From: a virus
Lineage: Duplodnaviria; Caudoviricetes
DNA length: 55,168 nucleotides
Direction: 5' to 3' (one strand)
IMG/VR virus record: IMGVR_UViG_3300020171_000035
Coordinates: 1 to 55,168 of that record
Below the pieces are notes generated by a model that made no database searches, was not told the DNA's origin, and worked only from the letters and a program-made list of their open reading frames with translations. Of the stretch, positions 1 to 9,795 are shown piece by piece. The position numbers and the translations under genes are program-made. Each line of letters starts with the position of its first letter. Position 1 is the first letter of the stretch.

Positions 1-2
1 TA

Positions 3-500
3 TGTAGGGTTGGATTTAACGATCCAAAAATAAAATGGTTTTGGATATTGGGGGACGACCATGTGTTCGCTCCAGATTTATGGCGCAAGCTTTATGATCG
101 TAACGTTGATATAGTCGTCCCCCTTTGCCTTCGTCGTGGCGATTGGGAACCTACCCTTAACTATGGCGAGGAGGGCGGATTTACGGGGTTGCCAGATCGA
201 TGGGCTCCACTTGTTGGTAAATCTGGCCTGATGGAGTGGTCTGGTACTGTTGGAAACGCCGGTATGTTAATTAGGCGAAACGTATTGGAAGAGATAGAAT
301 TTCCTTGGTTCCGACAAGGCCAACTTGATCCTAAATTTTCAAGCTCTGATCTTTATTTTTGTCATGCTGCTCAGAAAGCTGGATTTAAAGTCTATGTGGA
401 TCTCGATAACCACATTGGACACATTGATCATATAGCGCTTTGGCCCCGTAAGGGCGAAGATGGTCACTGGTATCTTGATTTCAGACCGGCGGCCCTATGA
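3..500 (+). CDS. Glycosyltransferase-like protein (GT-A fold), 5'-truncated by the window edge
   Basis: Frame is open from base 3; WILGDDHVF (DxD-like), AGMLIRRNVLE, PWF, SDLYFC..AQKAGFKVYVD..IGH are typical of phage GT2-like proteins. Confidence 0.75.
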   Translation, partial: CRVGFNDPKIKWFWILGDDHVFAPDLWRKLYDRNVDIVVPLCLRRGDWEPTLNYGEEGGFTGLPDRWAPLVGKSGLMEWSGTVGNAGMLIRRNVLEEIEFPWFRQGQLDPKFSSSDLYFCHAAQKAGFKVYVDLDNHIGHIDHIALWPRKGEDGHWYLDFRPAAL

Positions 501-949
501 GTATATACGATATATTACAACACGTAATTTACATACCACATTCGGAAGTCCATCAAGGAGAATTAATTCTGGACGAGGGTGAAATTTCCATCTCTCCAGG
601 CTGCTTCATCGATCTCACTGGTTCCGTATCTATCGGGGAATATACCATGGTAGGTGAAGGAACTAGGATCCTAACGCACGATCACTTCCATTACGGAAGA
701 GAGCCGCTCTTACTTTTACAAAAACGAATTGGTGTTAAGTGGCAAGACAAGAAGATCGGGCGGGATGTCTGGTTGCATTCCTGTATAGTGTTATACCAGG
801 TTACAGAGATACCGGATGGGACGGTTATAGGTATTGGCTCCGTCCTTACCCGTAATCCTGAAGTTCCGTATGGAATTTATGGGGGCAATCCAGCAAAAAG
901 AATCGGAGAAAGGGTTGATAGTGATATGGGAGTAAGTAGTGGCATTTGA
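497..949 (+). CDS. Hexapeptide-repeat (left-handed beta-helix) O-acyltransferase
   Basis: SVSIGEYTMVGEGTRILTHDH, IGRDVWL, IGIGSVLT, GIYGGNPAKRIG. Confidence 0.85.
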   Translation: MSIYDILQHVIYIPHSEVHQGELILDEGEISISPGCFIDLTGSVSIGEYTMVGEGTRILTHDHFHYGREPLLLLQKRIGVKWQDKKIGRDVWLHSCIVLYQVTEIPDGTVIGIGSVLTRNPEVPYGIYGGNPAKRIGERVDSDMGVSSGI

Positions 950-1379
950 CAGAATAGCATATCAAAAAAAATATAGGGATGACCACAAAGATCATTACAA
1001 GGAATATAATAAACGATATGCAAAGGATCACCCACGAAATAGACCATACGATAAAGAGTATCGTAATAAGTATTATCAGATCAATAAAGAACGTATATTA
1101 AATTTGAGTCGAGATGTTAATAAAAAAATCAAGCTAGATATATTAACATATTATGGGGGAGGAGTAGCTGCGTGTGTACTATGTGGATATGATAATATGG
1201 ATGCGTTAAGTATTGATCATATTAACGGAGATGGAGCGAGGCATCGTAGGGAACATCACATTACAAGTTCATATAAACTCTATAGGTTGTTACGAAGAAA
1301 TGGATTTCCGATTGGTTATAGAACTCTATGTATGAACTGTCAATGGCTTGAGCGGGTACGTCTTGGTATTCAACGATGA
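939..1379 (+). CDS. HNH endonuclease
   Basis: Basic Tyr-rich N-terminus, then CVLCG..LSIDHINGDG..YRTLCMNC. Confidence 0.8.
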   Translation: MAFDRIAYQKKYRDDHKDHYKEYNKRYAKDHPRNRPYDKEYRNKYYQINKERILNLSRDVNKKIKLDILTYYGGGVAACVLCGYDNMDALSIDHINGDGARHRREHHITSSYKLYRLLRRNGFPIGYRTLCMNCQWLERVRLGIQR

Positions 1380-1474
1380 AGTGTAGATCCTGTCGGACAC
1401 GCATGAAAAATTACGGTTGGTATTTAATTTGCCCCAAATGTCGTTGGGCTATTCAATATGGTGAAGTATTTTAA
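1376..1474 (+). CDS. Small zinc-ribbon peptide (32 aa)
   Basis: MKCRSC...ICPKC; ATGA overlap with the HNH stop codon; fills the gap before the next RBS. Confidence 0.45.
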   Translation: MKCRSCRTRMKNYGWYLICPKCRWAIQYGEVF

Positions 1475-1485
1475 AGGAGGAATAA

Positions 1486-1830
1486 ATGGGACGCGTATTA
1501 TCACGAAGAACTTGCGGGAAGCATCCAAGGAAGGCATATGCTATTGCGGCCACTGGCACAACTTTCGATGCCACATTCAATCTTGAGGGAGAAGTTCTGA
1601 CCCGATACATACTGGAATGTTACGATTCAACGGAAGACCGAACCAGAACGTTATCAATCATAGATGCAAACAGTATTACGATCTGGTCTGGAGCCGCACA
1701 TGCCGATGCTGCTAATTATTCTATCCCCGTTGATGTTGAGTTGGATGGAACATATACCTTCAGGCTTACGTTATCTGGCGCTGCTGGTGGCACTGGCGGG
1801 ACTGATAACCTGACCTTATTTACGAGGTAA
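1486..1830 (+). CDS. Putative virion structural protein
   Basis: Strong RBS AGGAGG; beta-rich, Thr/Gly/Ala-rich; first gene of the structural run. Confidence 0.55.
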   Translation: MGRVLSRRTCGKHPRKAYAIAATGTTFDATFNLEGEVLTRYILECYDSTEDRTRTLSIIDANSITIWSGAAHADAANYSIPVDVELDGTYTFRLTLSGAAGGTGGTDNLTLFTR

Positions 1831-1833
1831 GAA

Positions 1834-3219
1834 ATGCGAACAGAGAGACATTGGCGTCCATTTCCGGCAGATCCCTCCTGCGTACTTCACTTACCATTTT
1901 ATAAATATGGATCGGAGCAGTCTAAAATCCTGGACATCTCTGGACAGAATAATCACGGAGTGATCACTGGAGCCGTTCCTTATCCTGGTAATCCTCAGAT
2001 GACCTCTGTTGGCTCAACTCTCAACCGTGGTGACTTCACTGCCACCAACGCCTTCTTCTGGTCATCCCTTAACCTAAGTTCCTATGCTGGTAATGACTCA
2101 GGTTATACTCCTTATTACATCGAACTCTTAGACGGTACAGGCAAGAAAGCCACTGGCTACATTGGAGCAACTGGGGCAGGGGAGACGTTAGACGCCAATA
2201 TAGTTGCCGGATGGGATTTTACAAGTGGGTGGAGTAATTATTCGAATGCAACCATTATAGATTCCGACAGTTTTACCACAAGCGATACTGGGGGTATTAT
2301 GTCGGTTTATGGCATTCTTTCTATGTCTTCTTTGTACGCATATACTTATGTTGCAACAAATGGACACTTAGTAAATGGAGCGAATGGAGTGACAATTGCC
2401 TTGAATGATGGAGTTACAAAATATGATTGTACGGTTTATCCAGCTATCATTCCCTATAGACTCGGTGCAGGAAATGTTGATGTAACCACTTTAAATGTTC
2501 AACGTGTCACCGATCCTCCCGCAACCGCTGTCCACATTGTTTCCTCTCTTAATGGCACGACGAGGAATTGGGCAAGCATAGAGAGTGGATTTGATCCGAA
2601 TACGATAGCGAGTTGGAAGATCAATGGTGTGATTCCCAAGACGGCGATTGGATGGTATTTCGATGATGTTGATGACAGAATAGCCCATCCTTCTATCAAC
2701 TTTGGCAAGACTCACACCCTACTTTACTGGCTTCGATCTTTTGCAAATGCCAAGGACATTATTCATGGAAGGGCAGCCAACAACCATGTGGCGATAGATG
2801 GAACCAACCTATATTACAATGCCGGAGCGACCGAACTTTCGCAGGCTCATGGTGGAGGGATTGGTAATTCTACGATGATTGGAATTGCCAGATCAGGGAC
2901 AACCGTTCAATTCTTTAAGAATGGTATCCAGGTCGGGGCGGATCAGGTTCTCGATGCAAATAATGATCTAACACTGACAACTCTTGGTTCATACGACACA
3001 CCGGGAACATTCTTGGGTGGGGTGATACCAGAAAATTTAGGATTCAACCGTACTCTCTCAGCACAAGAAATCCGTAACTATTATGAATTGACAAAATATC
3101 GTTATGTTTTTTTTTCAACATCTGAGGGTGGTGCTCCACCATCAGACAATAAATTACTACTAAATATTGGTGACTATCTCCTTCTAAATTCTGGAGATAA
3201 GATTCTATTAAATAATTAG
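1834..3219 (+). CDS. LamG/concanavalin-A-like domain virion protein with a large internal insertion
   Basis: CVLHLPF..ILDISGQNNHGVITGA at the N-terminus; GWYFDDVDD..VQFFKNG..FNRTLSAQEIRNYY at the C-terminus; ends in an LLLxxG repeat. Confidence 0.75.
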   Translation: MRTERHWRPFPADPSCVLHLPFYKYGSEQSKILDISGQNNHGVITGAVPYPGNPQMTSVGSTLNRGDFTATNAFFWSSLNLSSYAGNDSGYTPYYIELLDGTGKKATGYIGATGAGETLDANIVAGWDFTSGWSNYSNATIIDSDSFTTSDTGGIMSVYGILSMSSLYAYTYVATNGHLVNGANGVTIALNDGVTKYDCTVYPAIIPYRLGAGNVDVTTLNVQRVTDPPATAVHIVSSLNGTTRNWASIESGFDPNTIASWKINGVIPKTAIGWYFDDVDDRIAHPSINFGKTHTLLYWLRSFANAKDIIHGRAANNHVAIDGTNLYYNAGATELSQAHGGGIGNSTMIGIARSGTTVQFFKNGIQVGADQVLDANNDLTLTTLGSYDTPGTFLGGVIPENLGFNRTLSAQEIRNYYELTKYRYVFFSTSEGGAPPSDNKLLLNIGDYLLLNSGDKILLNN

Positions 3220-3230
3220 GGAGTATTGTT

Positions 3231-4436
3231 ATGGCAGACACAAAAGTTATCGACCTAACCGCTGATGCAACCCCAACGTCAGATGATCTTATTTATGTAA
3301 GCGGAGACCCGACTGGGAGTCCAGTCGATAGAAAGGTTACCCTGGCAAATGTTCCAGTAGCATGGGGGACAACTGCTACAAAGGTTGGATATACTAGCGA
3401 TGTTACCTCTGCCATTCAAGCCCAATTAAGTGGTAAGCAAGCATCCGATGCAGAATTGACCGCTATTGCTGGGCTTACCTTCGCAGATGTTTCGATTATA
3501 GAATTAACGGGTGCATCAACAGCAGCAGTTGTAACCTCTGGTGGGGGGGGGAGACTACTGGGAAGCAACTCTGGTAATACAGCACTTGAATTTAAATCTT
3601 CCATTACTGGAATAACCATAGGTGGTTTAACCGCCTCTAAAAATGTCCTCAGTGATGTTAGTGGTAATCTTATTGCTTCAACATCTTCCGTTGCAGATAC
3701 ATTTGCAATGGGGACAATTCTGCATGCATCGGCAGCAAATACGGTAACGGGTTTGGCGACAGGAGCTACAACCGATATCCTTGTTGGGGGTGGTGCAGCG
3801 GCCCCAGTTTGGACGGCTGCAACGGGAACTGGCGCTCCGGTTAGGGCAGACTCTCCTACATTAGTTGATGATGTTAGTATTGGAGCAGCAGGGGTAAAAC
3901 TTACAGGGGCAAATGGAGCGCTGACAATCCTTGGATTAGGTGATGGTGCAGATGAGGATGTTAAAATTGACCTCAACACTACCGCCAATACAATCATCTT
4001 TTCCTCACCCGCTTCAAGTGCAACCGATGTTTCTTTTTCAGCTTTACACCTTGCTACGACAGGAATCATCTCGGGGAAAATTGGGGTAATATCAAAAGGT
4101 GCGGCCTATACTCTTGGGACTGATAGTGCGAAAGAACTCTATGGATACATGGTAATCGCAACAGCAGCCATGACCCTTACCCTACCTAATATTGATGCCG
4201 CCAATGGAGTTGGACAATCAGTTTGCATATATTCAACGGGAGCAAATGTTATACGGGTTAATCCGGGCGATGCAGATAAGATTCGACTTAACGGGACCCT
4301 TGGTGCTGCCGGGGTAGATATCTACAGTGCCGGTGCTGCTGGAAATTTTATTTGTCTAGTGGTAACTGATTTCGCAACGGATGTGGCCCACTGGACTACG
4401 CTTGGTTCGAGTGGCACATGGACCGTGGGAACATAG
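3231..4436 (+). CDS. Tail fibre-like protein
   Basis: A/T/G/S-rich; MADTKVIDL N-terminus; C-terminal LTLP..GQSVCI..W beta domain typical of phage fibres; RBS GGGAG. Confidence 0.7.
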   Translation: MADTKVIDLTADATPTSDDLIYVSGDPTGSPVDRKVTLANVPVAWGTTATKVGYTSDVTSAIQAQLSGKQASDAELTAIAGLTFADVSIIELTGASTAAVVTSGGGGRLLGSNSGNTALEFKSSITGITIGGLTASKNVLSDVSGNLIASTSSVADTFAMGTILHASAANTVTGLATGATTDILVGGGAAAPVWTAATGTGAPVRADSPTLVDDVSIGAAGVKLTGANGALTILGLGDGADEDVKIDLNTTANTIIFSSPASSATDVSFSALHLATTGIISGKIGVISKGAAYTLGTDSAKELYGYMVIATAAMTLTLPNIDAANGVGQSVCIYSTGANVIRVNPGDADKIRLNGTLGAAGVDIYSAGAAGNFICLVVTDFATDVAHWTTLGSSGTWTVGT

Positions 4437-4449
4437 GGGGGACCTTGGT

Positions 4450-5205
4450 ATGGAAAGAACATGTTCACATAATTGGATTAAGAAACAAGTTGGTTGTTGT
4501 AAGAAATTTGTCTGCATCAAATGTCAGAAAATGTGGATGAATAAGGAGAGCCCCTATTCAATGGTCGGTGCTGCAAGGGGAATACTCGGAAATCAGGACG
4601 GCTTTTTAAACATGGGAGTGATTGGGGGAGGAGTGCCTGTGGCTGCTGGATACAGTGACACCTTTACCGGCACTAACGGAACACATCTTTACGATCACGA
4701 TAATAATTGGACAGCGATAACTGGGCATGATGTTGATAATGTGGTTATCAACGATGGAAATGCTGAACAGGTGGCTGCTTGGAGTGAGGCTGCTGTTTTT
4801 TACAATGCGAGTTCTTCGGAGATATCCGAGGTTGTCTTTATTGGAAATGCAGTTAATACCTCTCACCGTGGACGGCCGTGTGTCAGAATGGGTGGGACTC
4901 ACGTTGGATATAGTGCTTATTTGGTAGATGTATTAGACGACCACTATACATCTTTATATATAAATAAAGATGGGGAATATTTTAGCAATGGTAGTACAAC
5001 AGGTGATTGGCCAGTTGCATCTAACCATACGGTAAGAATAGCTACTTCAGGAACCACCACCGTTACGATTGATACATGGGTGGATGGTGTTTTATTAACC
5101 CAAAGATCAGACCCATTATCTCCCCTTGGGGCAGGGAAACCTGGTATACATTTTTCTAGTGGAGTTGTTAGTCAGACAAGGGTGACAAGTTGGAAAGATT
5201 ATTAA
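4450..5205 (+). CDS. Putative virion or receptor-binding protein (Cys-rich N-terminus, lectin-like beta-sandwich)
   Basis: ATG 4450 follows GGGGG; SDTFTGTNGT..W..WVDGV..GAGKPGI pattern. Confidence 0.5.
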   Translation: MERTCSHNWIKKQVGCCKKFVCIKCQKMWMNKESPYSMVGAARGILGNQDGFLNMGVIGGGVPVAAGYSDTFTGTNGTHLYDHDNNWTAITGHDVDNVVINDGNAEQVAAWSEAAVFYNASSSEISEVVFIGNAVNTSHRGRPCVRMGGTHVGYSAYLVDVLDDHYTSLYINKDGEYFSNGSTTGDWPVASNHTVRIATSGTTTVTIDTWVDGVLLTQRSDPLSPLGAGKPGIHFSSGVVSQTRVTSWKDY

Positions 5206-5216
5206 AAGGAACACAA

Positions 5217-6554
5217 ATGAGAAAATTGTTCTTTACTATTTTAATTTTATTTTCTTTCGCTTCAATGGGACGGGCAGCGACCATAACTGTTGGTGATGGA
5301 AAAACCCACGCCACGATTCAGGCAGCCATAAATGCGGCTTCGAGTACCGATACGATAGAGGTCTATACTAAGGCTGCAACATCTAATGTCTATGCCGAAA
5401 GCATAGACGAAAATGGTCTTAACACTATCACCTTGATTGGTATGGTTGCAAATCAGGGGATCACCATAGATGGAACAGGTATTGCCCAACTTGCTGGGGG
5501 AGAGAATGTCAGAATATCTGGCGTTACTGGTTGGACGATACAGAACTTCACATTAAAAGACAATGATAATGCTACTCTGTCTGTAGTCCGTTTCGGGGGA
5601 GGTAGCGGTCATACTTTAACTAAATGTAAATTAAGCAGTACGATAACTGCTGCCACACAGATAGTACGTGAAGTGGCTCTTTGGACTTCTACTGGATGCA
5701 CAATTACACAAAATGTTTTCGAAAGCAGTATATCTGGAAATCAATATCATCAATTAACCCTGACCGAAGGTTCAAATAATGCTACCGTAAAATATAATGA
5801 TTTTGGTGGAACAAATGTTTATCTGAACCTCTACCTTGGAACTACAGACAACTCCTCGAATTCTGCTACCGTTCAATATAATTATTTCCATTCATCTATG
5901 AGTCTTGATTGGCTTGGAATTATCTATGTTAGGGACACTTCTGGACATAGTATAAAATATAATCTTGTCATTCCTTCATCTGTGGCTCATTCAGGAGATT
6001 ATGGAAAAGCGGCCTCTATTGTATTAAGAGAAGATAACTGTATAAACAATGACATTCAACACAATACAGTTGTTTTTCCATCAACAGGATTAAATGATCA
6101 ATATGAAAGCATTATATTATATTACGATGATGTTGAGGGTAATGCTGGACCTAATGTGGTCAAGAATAATATATTTCAAGGAGGATCATATACTCATAAT
6201 GGGATGGTGAACGGTTCTACCATAGATAGTATTACATATAATTACCATTACAATCCTCAAGATGATTATCAATATAATTGTTTCGGAGGTTTCACTTTTA
6301 CGAACTATGCCAACAACACCGAAACTCTCTTGGTTGCCCCAGGTTTCGCTGGCTCAGGCACAGTTTGGGAGACAGATGGGACAGATGTGGGGACGAGTTC
6401 AACTTATTATAGGTTGACCCAGAGTGCACCAGCAAGGACAACTGGAGAGGGTGGAACATATTGTGGTGCATTTAGTTCTGGTAACACATTAACCCTCGGC
6501 ACAGGCTCCCAATCCATCACAATAGGTGGAGGGAGTCTGTCAATAACGTGGTGA
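5217..6554 (+). CDS. Right-handed beta-helix (pectin-lyase-like) protein with Sec signal peptide
   Basis: MRKLFFTILILFSFASMGRA|ATITVG..HATIQAAINAA..DTIEV; Asn-rich parallel beta-helix repeats (QHNTV, VKNNIF). Confidence 0.75.
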   Translation: MRKLFFTILILFSFASMGRAATITVGDGKTHATIQAAINAASSTDTIEVYTKAATSNVYAESIDENGLNTITLIGMVANQGITIDGTGIAQLAGGENVRISGVTGWTIQNFTLKDNDNATLSVVRFGGGSGHTLTKCKLSSTITAATQIVREVALWTSTGCTITQNVFESSISGNQYHQLTLTEGSNNATVKYNDFGGTNVYLNLYLGTTDNSSNSATVQYNYFHSSMSLDWLGIIYVRDTSGHSIKYNLVIPSSVAHSGDYGKAASIVLREDNCINNDIQHNTVVFPSTGLNDQYESIILYYDDVEGNAGPNVVKNNIFQGGSYTHNGMVNGSTIDSITYNYHYNPQDDYQYNCFGGFTFTNYANNTETLLVAPGFAGSGTVWETDGTDVGTSSTYYRLTQSAPARTTGEGGTYCGAFSSGNTLTLGTGSQSITIGGGSLSITW

Positions 6555-6967
6555 GTTCAGTACTTATACCACTTTTTACCATTGGTGTAGTTATTCTTGT
6601 TGGAATTCTAGTAAGATACATTTGGATAGGTGTTGGATTTGTTGTATCCGAATCCATGTTTCCTGCATTGCTAGTTAATGATATTATATTAATCAATAAA
6701 TTAAATAAAACCCCCATTGTGGGAGATATATTCGCATTTAAGTATCATAATAAGACCTATATTAAAAGGGTAGCCATTGTAAATGGAAATGGGGTATATT
6801 TTTTAGGAGACAATAAAAAGAATAGTAAAGATAGTAGGTTCTTTGGTTATATAAGTCGAGACCAATTAGTCGGTAGGGTTTTTAAAATATTACTTTCATT
6901 TGATGAAAAGTGTAATATAAGATGGAATAGGATTTGGTCTCAAATAAACGGTGGGGTGTGGTCATGA
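6548..6967 (+). CDS. lepB: Signal peptidase I (S26 family)
   Basis: N-terminal TM segment; SESMFP (catalytic Ser), YIKRV (catalytic Lys), LGDN..NSKDSRFFG. Confidence 0.85.
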   Translation: MVSSVLIPLFTIGVVILVGILVRYIWIGVGFVVSESMFPALLVNDIILINKLNKTPIVGDIFAFKYHNKTYIKRVAIVNGNGVYFLGDNKKNSKDSRFFGYISRDQLVGRVFKILLSFDEKCNIRWNRIWSQINGGVWS

Positions 6968-7218
6968 TTTATCTGATCTCGGCTTTGTTTATTGCAGCCA
7001 ATATCCTTGACTGGTATCTGACAAAAAGAATCCTAGATAAGGGTGGCAATGAATTAAATCCCATCTTGAGGAAATTCGGTGTTGCCAAGGTTAAGTTAAT
7101 CGTCTGTCCCCTTTTTGTATTGGCCGGATTCATACTCCATTGGGCAATTCTTATTGTTCCGACGCTGATAATTGCAGGAGCGTGCGCTTGGAATTACCGT
7201 GTCTATAGAAAAATGTAA
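6964..7218 (+). CDS. Small membrane protein (DUF5658-like)
   Basis: ILDWYLT..L..GG.ELNP motif with hydrophobic helices. Confidence 0.6.
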   Translation: MIYLISALFIAANILDWYLTKRILDKGGNELNPILRKFGVAKVKLIVCPLFVLAGFILHWAILIVPTLIIAGACAWNYRVYRKM

Positions 7219-7358
7219 TCATCAAAAATTCTTGAAATCTTTTCGATACAGGGAGGGTAACATGGAAGAAGAAGAAAAAGAACAATCCAAGCAAGATATT
7301 GTTCTTGAGGTCCAAGATGTTTGTCAGGTCTTAACTTTTAAAACTATAGGAGATTAAC

Positions 7359-7718
7359 ATGGGAAAATCAGTAGCCGATGCAGTTTTAGATGCTGCCCTG
7401 GAGGTTATTAAAACCTCTACACGAATGGATGTTACGAGTGATGTCGGTACCCCTGCCGACTTATCTAATACTCTTGCAAACGTTGCCATGACTCCAGCGA
7501 CCGATTATGCAATTGCGAATGGGGATACTTCTGGGCGTAAAATTACTACAGCACAAAAAGCTGGTGTATCCGTGACGGGAAGCGGAACTGCAAGGCATGT
7601 TGTGTTGAGCCTAACTGGTGCAATCAAGCTTACCACCACCTGCACGGAGCAAGTCTTGACATCGGGTAATACAATCACGATACCCGCATTTAAAGACGAA
7701 ATCGCTGACCCGACGTAA
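7359..7718 (+). CDS. Phage virion structural protein
   Basis: MGKSVADAVLDAAL..GD.SGRK..SGTA.H..GNT.TIPAF..EI.DP pattern seen in phage tail-region genes; RBS AGGAG. Confidence 0.6.
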   Translation: MGKSVADAVLDAALEVIKTSTRMDVTSDVGTPADLSNTLANVAMTPATDYAIANGDTSGRKITTAQKAGVSVTGSGTARHVVLSLTGAIKLTTTCTEQVLTSGNTITIPAFKDEIADPT

Positions 7719-7779
7719 TGGTAGATACTTAAGGGAAGTATAAAATAAAATATGTTCAGTTACATTAACTGCCCTTCCA

Positions 7780-9795
7780 ATGACAATTAGGCAAGAAATT
7801 AATATCCTTAATTCTTTATATCAAAGTACCGCTAGTGCTACAGTTGATAGTGGTGAACGGATCCATTTAGGTGCATATATAGAATGGTGGGACGGAAAGA
7901 CCGTTTACTTTGAGGTTTTTGCTTATAATTCGGACAGTCAGGCCAGAACCGTAAGTTTGCTTGATCGAAATGGTAGCCTAGAAGTTTCCGTTTCTGTGCC
8001 CAACAACAGTACTTGGACAAGAGTAAGATCTGGTAACTTTACAGGATCATATGAATCAATAAGATTTATTAGATTAGATGGAACTACGGATGCTGGTCAG
8101 TTGCAGGTTAAATCGGCCAGGGTAATTGTAATTCAGAATAATTTCACCAAGACTTATACCCAGATTGAGATTGGCAATAAAGAGACAGGCAAGACAAATA
8201 TAACGAGTCTACCGCTTACTTATCCCAAATATTGGAAATATGAGGCTAACAGGTGGGGAAATAACTGTGTTTTTACATTTCATCTTGCTGCTGAAGTTGA
8301 GGTAAATCAACAGAATCATTATCTTACTGCCACGTTGCAAGAAGACGATGGTAATTTTGATAACTGGACAGATAAAGTTTCCGTAGTATTTTATCAACAG
8401 TCACCGGGCATGTTGACTTCAAATTCCTTTACTCCCACAGATGGCCGCAATTACAGGATCGTGACCAAGACCTCTAAGGCGACCATTTGGTATAATATTT
8501 ACAATTTGAAAATTGCCGTAGAACAGGTCAGTTCAGTCGTTAAACTCCAACCGCAATATTTGATTGTAAATACGAATGAAGGTAGTACCGGACTGAAACG
8601 CTATGATAACCTTTTTGATCCAGCAGATTGGTCTGGCGTCAGTAAAGATTTTTATCATGAAATTAATTCGTCTATAGATACTACTGATTCGGCCAAGCTT
8701 CAAAGAGATCCTGGCGGAACACCCGTCGATATTCCAAATTCGACCGCTACTGGTGCAAATAGGGCAAGGAGTTTGGCCATGACAATGCCCGATTCTGCAC
8801 ATAATATTGGTACGAATGTTCTGAATGTGCCTATTTATGCAAGTAGAATTGTCGCTAATATTGACTGTGGAGTTTATAGTTTAACAATACAAGCATTACA
8901 GCATGATCATATATTGGGTACGGTTACCTTATCGCAGGTACACAACCTTATTGTACAGAGCTCACAGCATGTTCACGGCATTGATAATGTAGCTATATCC
9001 ACCGCTATTTGGTTGGCTATCCAGGACATGCTTCATTCTAACGTAATAGATGGAATTGCATTACTTCAGATTCACAATATTACAATATCGGATTTGTTAC
9101 ACTCACATGTTATTGGTACACCAACCCTATCGCAGATTCATAATCTAATAATACAGGCACTCGTTCATGGACACGGTCTGGATACAGCTACATTAACACA
9201 GGTTCACAATCTTATTGTTCAGACACTTCTCCATTCACATAATCTTGGAGCGGTAATTCTTTTACAGGTTCATAATTTACTAGTTAATCATCCTACTCAT
9301 ACGCATGGCTTGGATGCAATCACTCTTAATCAAATACATAATCTTACAATACAGAATTTACAACATACTCATTCCGTTAGTAACGTTTTTTGGAATACCT
9401 TTTTAATCGTAGACGGACTCTTGCATGGTCATATACTAGAATCACTAACATTATTAAAATTAGCTGGTGAGTTTTATTACGAACACCTTGGCGGTAAGAT
9501 TCCAAGATTGGATATATCTGATTTAATTGCGGACTTTTCCTTTAATCGTCCAAAAAGTAAGAAATCAGAACTAGATATATCGGGTTCGTTTGAATATGAA
9601 GTTGTGGGTGGATCTTTGCTAGGATCATTAACACCTGCACAAACAGCAGATGAATTTTATTATGAATGTCTTGGCGGGAAAGTTCCAAAACTAGATGTAC
9701 CAGATTCAATCGGGGACTTCCTTTTCGATCGTCCTAGGAGGAAGGAGCCAAAATTAAGTGCAACTGGTTCATTTGAATACGAAGAGGTTATATGA
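7780..9795 (+). CDS. Fibre or spike-like virion protein with 22-aa HxH repeats
   Basis: N-terminal beta domain, about 9 repeats LxQ(V/I)HNLx(V/I)QxLxHxH, duplicated C-terminal motif. Confidence 0.55.
   Translation: MTIRQEINILNSLYQSTASATVDSGERIHLGAYIEWWDGKTVYFEVFAYNSDSQARTVSLLDRNGSLEVSVSVPNNSTWTRVRSGNFTGSYESIRFIRLDGTTDAGQLQVKSARVIVIQNNFTKTYTQIEIGNKETGKTNITSLPLTYPKYWKYEANRWGNNCVFTFHLAAEVEVNQQNHYLTATLQEDDGNFDNWTDKVSVVFYQQSPGMLTSNSFTPTDGRNYRIVTKTSKATIWYNIYNLKIAVEQVSSVVKLQPQYLIVNTNEGSTGLKRYDNLFDPADWSGVSKDFYHEINSSIDTTDSAKLQRDPGGTPVDIPNSTATGANRARSLAMTMPDSAHNIGTNVLNVPIYASRIVANIDCGVYSLTIQALQHDHILGTVTLSQVHNLIVQSSQHVHGIDNVAISTAIWLAIQDMLHSNVIDGIALLQIHNITISDLLHSHVIGTPTLSQIHNLIIQALVHGHGLDTATLTQVHNLIVQTLLHSHNLGAVILLQVHNLLVNHPTHTHGLDAITLNQIHNLTIQNLQHTHSVSNVFWNTFLIVDGLLHGHILESLTLLKLAGEFYYEHLGGKIPRLDISDLIADFSFNRPKSKKSELDISGSFEYEVVGGSLLGSLTPAQTADEFYYECLGGKVPKLDVPDSIGDFLFDRPRRKEPKLSATGSFEYEEVI
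8875..9450 (+). repeat. About 9 degenerate 66-nt (22-aa) coding repeats
   Basis: CAG(G/A)TNCA(C/T)AA(C/T) recurs at about 66-nt intervals. Confidence 0.8.

Noticed and set aside
3416-4069. Long antisense ORFs (also 12397-12909, 20022-20729, 53951-54457)
   Set aside because: Shadows of Ala/Thr/Gly/Pro-rich sense genes, with no RBS or motifs
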